This document shows, piece after piece, positions 58,941 through 64,000 of a DNA stretch of 64,000 nucleotides; position 1 is the first letter of the stretch, and every line of letters starts with the position of its first letter. The notes below the pieces were generated by a model, which ran no database searches, had not been told where the DNA came from, and saw nothing but the letters and a program-made list of their open reading frames with translations. Both the position numbers and the translations under genes were made by a program. This DNA comes from Trueperaceae bacterium (GTDB lineage: Bacteria > Deinococcota > Deinococci > Deinococcales > Trueperaceae), in the NCBI GenBank assembly GCA_965213925.1, contig OZ243927.1, positions 2,144,001-2,208,000 of the forward strand, written 5' to 3'.

Positions 58941-60191
58941 GTGAAGCGTTGGCTTTCGGTTTTGTTGATTGCGTTTTTGGTGTCGGTAGGTGTGGCGCAG
59001 GCGCAAGAAGAGGTTGAACTCGAGATGTGGACCCTAGCCCTCTCGCCCACCTTCGACGACTACATCAACGGCGTCATCTCCGAATTTGAGGAGGAGGTTT
59101 CGAACGAGGAGCGCACCGTCACGGTCAACTGGGTAGACCTCCCCGACGGCGGCTTCCCGGATAAGTTCTTCGCGTCCATCGCGGCGGGCGAAGCGCCCGA
59201 TGTGGTGAACTTGAATACCGCAAGGATGCGCACCGCCGTGCGCGAAGAGGCGCTTGTCAACCTCTCCGAAGCGGCGAGCGAGGAGCAACTGAGCATCTAT
59301 TTCCCTTCGCTTCTGGAGTCCTCCTCAGTCGAGGGCAACGTCTACGCCTTCCCCTGGTATCAAGCGCCCACCGTTCTGATGTACAACAAATCCTTATTCG
59401 AAGAGGCAGGGCTTGACCCTGAAGCTGCGCCCGGCAGCTACGAAGAGGTCTTTGACGCGGCGCTTTCCATTCGCGAAGGACTCCTCTTAGACGGCATCAA
59501 CCTCTTGCCCTTCCCGGAAGATTGGCTCGTGCAGAATGACGTCCCGATTCTCAACGAGGACGACACCGCCGCTGCCTTTAATACCCCCGAAGGCGTCGCC
59601 GCGCTGCAGACCTACATGGACGCCGTCGAAAACCGCGCCATCAGCCGCGAGACGATTAGCAACACCACCGACGAGGCGGGCTACCAAAACGCCATCGGCG
59701 ACTTCGCAGGCGGACAGGTCGCCATGCTGGTCTCGGGACCCCAATTCCTGCGCACCGTCGAGTCGGACGGCCCCGACGTGTACGAGAACTTAGGGCTCGC
59801 GCCGTATCCGCAGACCGAGACGGGCATCATCCCCAACGCGATCCAGAACATGGTGGTCCCTGCAGCGAGTGACAACGTCGAGCTTGCGGTTGAACTCGCG
59901 AACTGGATGACGAACGACGAGAACCAGCTCGAGTTCGCCAAGCTCGTCTCCATCTTCCCCTCTACGGTAGAAGCCGCCCAAGACCCCTTCTTCTGCTCGG
60001 ACCAGGAGAGCTTAGAGGGACGCGCCCGCTGCATCCAAGCGGAGTCGGTCGAGCGCAGCTTCGACAACCAGGTGCGCACCGACATTAGAGACGCGATTCG
60101 CCGTTCGTTCGCCGAGGCGATGCTCGGGCAAAAAGACGCGGAGACCGCGTTAAGTGAGGCGGAGTCGGCGGTGAATAATATTTTGGAGTAG
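58941..60191 (+). CDS. Carbohydrate ABC (CUT1) substrate-binding protein
   Basis: Signal peptide, APDVVNLN, YAFPWY, LMYNKSLFEEAGLDP; AAGGAGG RBS. Confidence 0.9.
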   Translation: MKRWLSVLLIAFLVSVGVAQAQEEVELEMWTLALSPTFDDYINGVISEFEEEVSNEERTVTVNWVDLPDGGFPDKFFASIAAGEAPDVVNLNTARMRTAVREEALVNLSEAASEEQLSIYFPSLLESSSVEGNVYAFPWYQAPTVLMYNKSLFEEAGLDPEAAPGSYEEVFDAALSIREGLLLDGINLLPFPEDWLVQNDVPILNEDDTAAAFNTPEGVAALQTYMDAVENRAISRETISNTTDEAGYQNAIGDFAGGQVAMLVSGPQFLRTVESDGPDVYENLGLAPYPQTETGIIPNAIQNMVVPAASDNVELAVELANWMTNDENQLEFAKLVSIFPSTVEAAQDPFFCSDQESLEGRARCIQAESVERSFDNQVRTDIRDAIRRSFAEAMLGQKDAETALSEAESAVNNILE

Positions 60192-60196
60192 GGGGG

Positions 60197-60337
60197 GTCA
60201 TTCTGAGCGGAACGGAGTGGAGAGAAAGAATCTCTGCCCTTGCCTTCTCCAATGTCAGAGAGTGCGAGACGAGACCCTCACGCCTTCGGCTCAGGGTGAC
60301 ATCAGTAAGAAGGCATCAATTCCTTGTTGACAGTGTA
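60197..60337 (-). mobile_element. Family A element, inverted and truncated at one end
   Basis: Reverse complement TACACTGTCAAC...GTCACCCTGAGCCGAAGGCGTGAGGGTCTCGTCTCGCA...GCTCAGAATGAC; flank CTAAG. Confidence 0.82.
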
Positions 60338-60392
60338 CTAAGCTGTTCTACACAAGCCTCGAGACTCACCTTCATTCACCGAAAGACATCCC

Positions 60393-61328
60393 TTGGCTAC
60401 TTCTGCAAAATCCGTCCCCTCGACCCCCGCTCGCGCCGCCAAGCTCCGGCGCGAGGCTAGCTTCGGGTGGCTCATGGTCTCGCCCGCACTCCTCATCTTT
60501 TCGGCGTTCGTGCTCTTTCCTATTCTCGTCGGTCTTCCTCTCGCCTTTTTCGAAGTCACCATCCGCCGCGCCGGAGTTGACCTCGACTGGGTTGGACTGT
60601 CGCACTTCCGCCGCTTGGCGGGCGACGCGAACTTCTGGAGCGCCATGTGGCACTCGCTTCTCTACCTCTTGGTGGTGCCGCCCCTACAACTCTTCTCCAT
60701 CATCTTGGCGGTGCTCTTAAATCAGAAGCTGCCGGGGACGGTGGTCTTTCGGACGATGTACTACATTCCCGTTGTGACCTCGATTGTGGCAGTCGGCATC
60801 ACGTGGCGGCTCATCTATCAAGATAGAGGGCTCGTCAACGGGTTGCTGGCGTCGCTAGGCGTGATTCATCCCTTAGACCCCATCGGCTTCTTGTCTGACC
60901 CGAACGTCGCGCTGTGGGCGGTCATGAGCGTGACGCTTTGGAAGGGCATCGGCTACTACATGGTCATCTATCTAGCGGGCTTGCAGGGCATCCCGAAAGA
61001 ATTGACCGAGGCGGCGCGAATCGACGGCGCGGGCTACGCGCAAAGCGTCTGGTTCGTGACGATTCCGCTCTTGCGCCCCTTCGTGCTCCTATGCAGTCTC
61101 CTCTCGACAATTGCCGCGTTGCGCGTGTTCGATGAGGTCTGGGTGATGACGAAAGGGGGTCCCGTCGGCTCGACGTCGGTAGCGAACACGTACCTTTACC
61201 GAACGGGTTTCGAGCAAGTTCAATACGGCTACGCGGCGGCGGTGGGTCTAGCCATCGGTGTAGTCGTGCTTATCGTATCGGTGGCGGTGTTTGTCTTTAA
61301 CCGGCGGGGCGGGGTGAGGGCGTACTAA
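60393..61328 (+). CDS. Carbohydrate ABC permease
   Basis: YLAGLQGIPKELTEAARIDGA EAA motif. Confidence 0.92.
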   Translation: MATSAKSVPSTPARAAKLRREASFGWLMVSPALLIFSAFVLFPILVGLPLAFFEVTIRRAGVDLDWVGLSHFRRLAGDANFWSAMWHSLLYLLVVPPLQLFSIILAVLLNQKLPGTVVFRTMYYIPVVTSIVAVGITWRLIYQDRGLVNGLLASLGVIHPLDPIGFLSDPNVALWAVMSVTLWKGIGYYMVIYLAGLQGIPKELTEAARIDGAGYAQSVWFVTIPLLRPFVLLCSLLSTIAALRVFDEVWVMTKGGPVGSTSVANTYLYRTGFEQVQYGYAAAVGLAIGVVVLIVSVAVFVFNRRGGVRAY

Positions 61329-61379
61329 ATGGCTCAGGTGTTGCCTGATCACTTACCTAGAATGAAGCTTCTTTTAGGG

Positions 61380-61543
61380 AGCAATGAGTTGAAAGCACAG
61401 GTGATCGCTGAAACAGGTGAGCACGTAAAGTGCTACGGCGTGAGCCTTAACCTGCGCGACCGGCTTTACGCCGTAACCTGTATGAGCAATGAGTCTAAAG
61501 TCTTTAGTTTTCACTCATTGCCCGTTGCTCATTGCTCATTGCT
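61380..61543 (+). repeat. Repeat family C copy between the two permease genes
   Basis: AGCAATGAGTTGAAAGCA...GAGCAATGAGTCTAAAGTCTTT...ACTCATTGCCCGTTGCTCATTGCTCATTGCT. Confidence 0.75.
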
Positions 61544-61582
61544 AAAAAATATGCAGACGTCAAATAAGCTCGAGGCACAAGC

Positions 61583-62401
61583 ATGACCAGAGCCCTCCGC
61601 TGGACCCTCCTCTACGCGCTCCTCCTCTTCTTCGCGCTGGTTTCTGTCGGTCCTTTCTTGTGGCTCGTCTCGACTTCGCTCAAGTCGGGCAACGTCTTCG
61701 CCTATCCGCCGCAGCTTTTACCGGAGGAACCGACGTTAGAGGCGTACATCACCGTCTGGAACGCCCAAGACATGCCCCGCTTCTTATGGAACACCGTGCT
61801 CATCACCTTTTGGGGCGTCTTTGCGAACGTGGCGCTCTCGTCTACGGCGGGTTACGCGCTGGCGCGGGTGCGCTTTCCGGGGCGCAACGTCATCTTCGGG
61901 CTCATCTTGTCCACGCTGGTGCTGCCCGACACGGTGGGCATTATTGTTAACTTCATTACTTTAGCGCGGCTTGGGCTCATCAATACGATCATCGGCGTGG
62001 TGCTGCCTTACGCGGTGGTGGCGGTCAACATCTTTATCATGCGGCAAGCCTTTATTGGCATCCCGAGCGAGCTAGAGGACGCCGCCCGCATCGACGGGGC
62101 GAGCGCGTTCGGCATCTGGTGGCGCATCATGCTGCCGCTGGTGCGCCCCGCCTTGATGACGGTGGTGATTTTTCAGTTCGTCAACATGTGGAACCTCTAT
62201 ATCTGGCCCCTTATCGTCTTGCAAGACCCGGACAAGTACCCGCTGTCGGTGGCGATTGCCAGTTTGACGCAAGGGGAGCTGTCGCTGAACTTCTCCAACA
62301 TCGCGGCGGCGACGGTGATTTCGATCATTCCGGTGATTATCTTATTCTTAGCGTTGCAGCGCTATTTTATTGAAGGCTTAGCGGGTTCGGTCAAAGGGTG
62401 A
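61583..62401 (+). CDS. Carbohydrate ABC permease
   Basis: IPSELEDAARIDGA, WN...WP, QRYFIEG. Confidence 0.92.
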   Translation: MTRALRWTLLYALLLFFALVSVGPFLWLVSTSLKSGNVFAYPPQLLPEEPTLEAYITVWNAQDMPRFLWNTVLITFWGVFANVALSSTAGYALARVRFPGRNVIFGLILSTLVLPDTVGIIVNFITLARLGLINTIIGVVLPYAVVAVNIFIMRQAFIGIPSELEDAARIDGASAFGIWWRIMLPLVRPALMTVVIFQFVNMWNLYIWPLIVLQDPDKYPLSVAIASLTQGELSLNFSNIAAATVISIIPVIILFLALQRYFIEGLAGSVKG

Positions 62402-62413
62402 AGTCGGGCTGAC

Positions 62414-63895
62414 GTGACCCTCCTCCTCGTCCCCCCCGACACGCGCCCGCCGACGCTCGCGTTCCCTCGTAACCTCGCGCTAGCTGTCGGTTTGAACGTC
62501 CTTGTCCCGCCACCGGACGCGCTTAACACAATCAATAAACCTGGCGATACCGAAATCCTACGCGAGTGGCTTTTAGACAACGCCGCTGACGCTTCGCTGC
62601 TTATCGTGTCACTCGAGACCCTCACCTTGGGCGGCATGATTCCGGCGCGGCGGGTAGATACTTCTTCGGAAGAGGTGAGGCGTAGGCTGGGGACCCTCCG
62701 CGAACTGAAAGAGGTCAATCCTGAGCTGCGAATCCTAGCGCACGGCGTCATCGTGCGTGTGGCTCACGACAATGACCCTTTGGAAGAGAAGCCTTATTAC
62801 GGGGTGTGGGGTGACGCACTGCGGCGCTACTCTGAGCTAAGTGACCGCCGTTCAAGAGGTGAGGATGTCTCCCTACCGAGTGACGTACCTATGGATATTC
62901 TGGAGAACTGGCTCACCACGCGGCGGCGCAACCATCAGCTTCACTTGGACGCTTTGGACCTCGTGGCGGAAGAGGTGTTGGAGCATCTCTGTTTAACGCT
63001 GGATGATACGAGCACCTACGGACTCGCCGCACAGGACAGGCGAGCGTTAGAAGCGAAAACGGATAACTCGGGTTTGTGGTCTCAGGTAGACATCTACCCC
63101 GGCGCAGATGAGGTTCCTGCAACCCTACTCGCGAGAGCGCTCAATCCCGAACCGCTTAGGGTAGCGGTGCGCTATCCGAGTGTGAAGAGTCCTCTAGCAG
63201 AGATGCGCTACGAAGACCGTTGCTTGGGCGAACTCGTCAAGGCGCACTTGCGGGCGGCGCACGCGGTAGAAGTCGAGTGCGCCGAGGACGCTGACCTTAT
63301 CTTGGCGGTGAACGCGCCTGCGCTGAAACAAGGAGAGGTGCAGCCGGATTACGCCACGGTAGACACCGCCGAGCGGCACTTACCCTTATTTGTGGAGCGC
63401 GTGAAAGGGTGGTTGGGGCAAGGCGTCCCCGTCACCCTCGCCGACGTCGCCTACGCCAATGGAGCCGAAGCGCGGCTCATAAAGTTACTCGCCGCGCAAG
63501 TGCGGCTGAGCGACCTCTCAGGGTTTAGCGCGTGGAATACGGCAGGCAATTCGCTCGGTGGTGCGTTGGCGCAAGGGCTTCTTGCGCACAGAGTCCAGCG
63601 TCAGGATAAGTGGCTCGGGCTGCGTTTCAACCGTTTCGTGGACGACTACCTCTACCAAACTTTAGTTCGCGCAGAAGCCTACGCTGCGTTGCCCAATCCT
63701 GACCCTTTCGACCTCGGTGAACGGGTTGAACAAGCCGAAATCGCGATTGATAAGCACATCCGACCTCTTGCCGAAACCCTCTGGGCTGAGCACTTCGCTG
63801 ACGAAACGCACGACCTCATCTGGCAGCCTGCCCGCCTCGCCTGGGCTCGACTCTTTACAGGGGTGTTCGAGTTTCAGGTGAAAGTGAAGGGGTAG
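62414..63895 (+). CDS. DUF4127 family protein
   Basis: LVPPDTRP, GGMIPAR, LDD, YPGADE, ADVAYANG, WNTAGNSLG, DDYLYQ motifs as recalled for the family. Confidence 0.8.
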   Translation: MTLLLVPPDTRPPTLAFPRNLALAVGLNVLVPPPDALNTINKPGDTEILREWLLDNAADASLLIVSLETLTLGGMIPARRVDTSSEEVRRRLGTLRELKEVNPELRILAHGVIVRVAHDNDPLEEKPYYGVWGDALRRYSELSDRRSRGEDVSLPSDVPMDILENWLTTRRRNHQLHLDALDLVAEEVLEHLCLTLDDTSTYGLAAQDRRALEAKTDNSGLWSQVDIYPGADEVPATLLARALNPEPLRVAVRYPSVKSPLAEMRYEDRCLGELVKAHLRAAHAVEVECAEDADLILAVNAPALKQGEVQPDYATVDTAERHLPLFVERVKGWLGQGVPVTLADVAYANGAEARLIKLLAAQVRLSDLSGFSAWNTAGNSLGGALAQGLLAHRVQRQDKWLGLRFNRFVDDYLYQTLVRAEAYAALPNPDPFDLGERVEQAEIAIDKHIRPLAETLWAEHFADETHDLIWQPARLAWARLFTGVFEFQVKVKG

Positions 63896-64000
63896 AGACG
63901 TGCCATACTCGCTTTTGGATAAGGTGAATCGACAACGGTTCGATGGGAGATTCGGATGAGCTTTACTTTTAGTTCGACTGGAATAAATACTTTACTTCTT

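Noticed and set aside
61329..61586. 85-aa ORF between the permease genes
   Set aside because: Mostly made of the family C repeat; no protein-like features
63957..64000. Start of a low-GC gene at the window end (MSFTFSSTG...)
   Set aside because: Too short to evaluate

Overview
A ~60% GC bacterial chromosomal segment, most likely Deinococcota (Trueperaceae-like). The basis is a Thermus-type homoisocitrate dehydrogenase, MqnP, and many leaderless genes with a -10 box 5-7 nt before the start codon. Positions 1-21 kb hold housekeeping and accessory genes (modAB, meaB, coaD, hslO, hicd, moeB/JAB/pdp, a CPA2 antiporter, mqnP). Positions 21-41 kb are a large sugar-acid/hexuronate locus: IclR, two TRAP systems, CoA-transferase + enoyl-CoA hydratase + GH88 + eda + decayed kdgK, and uxaE-uxuB-LarA/GntE-uxaC-PRTase. 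Positions 43-64 kb are a peptidoglycan/amino-sugar recycling locus: nagZ, Opp-type ABC, AmiE-like hydrolase, anmK, nagB, murQ, GntR, a kinase, nanE, frameshifted nagA, a sugar ABC and DUF4127. No rRNA, tRNA, CRISPR array or intact transposase was seen. The most interesting signals are: (1) a possible CoA-dependent route for unsaturated uronates; (2) a nested 'Russian-doll' MITE at 41.1-41.6 kb whose insertion history can be rebuilt from sister copies; (3) two strongly over-represented motifs, GCTCGAGC (HIP1-like) and AGAGGT/ACCTCT; (4) structured 5' leaders ahead of the antiporter and a surface lipoprotein. All counts were made by eye and functional calls are from motif recognition only.
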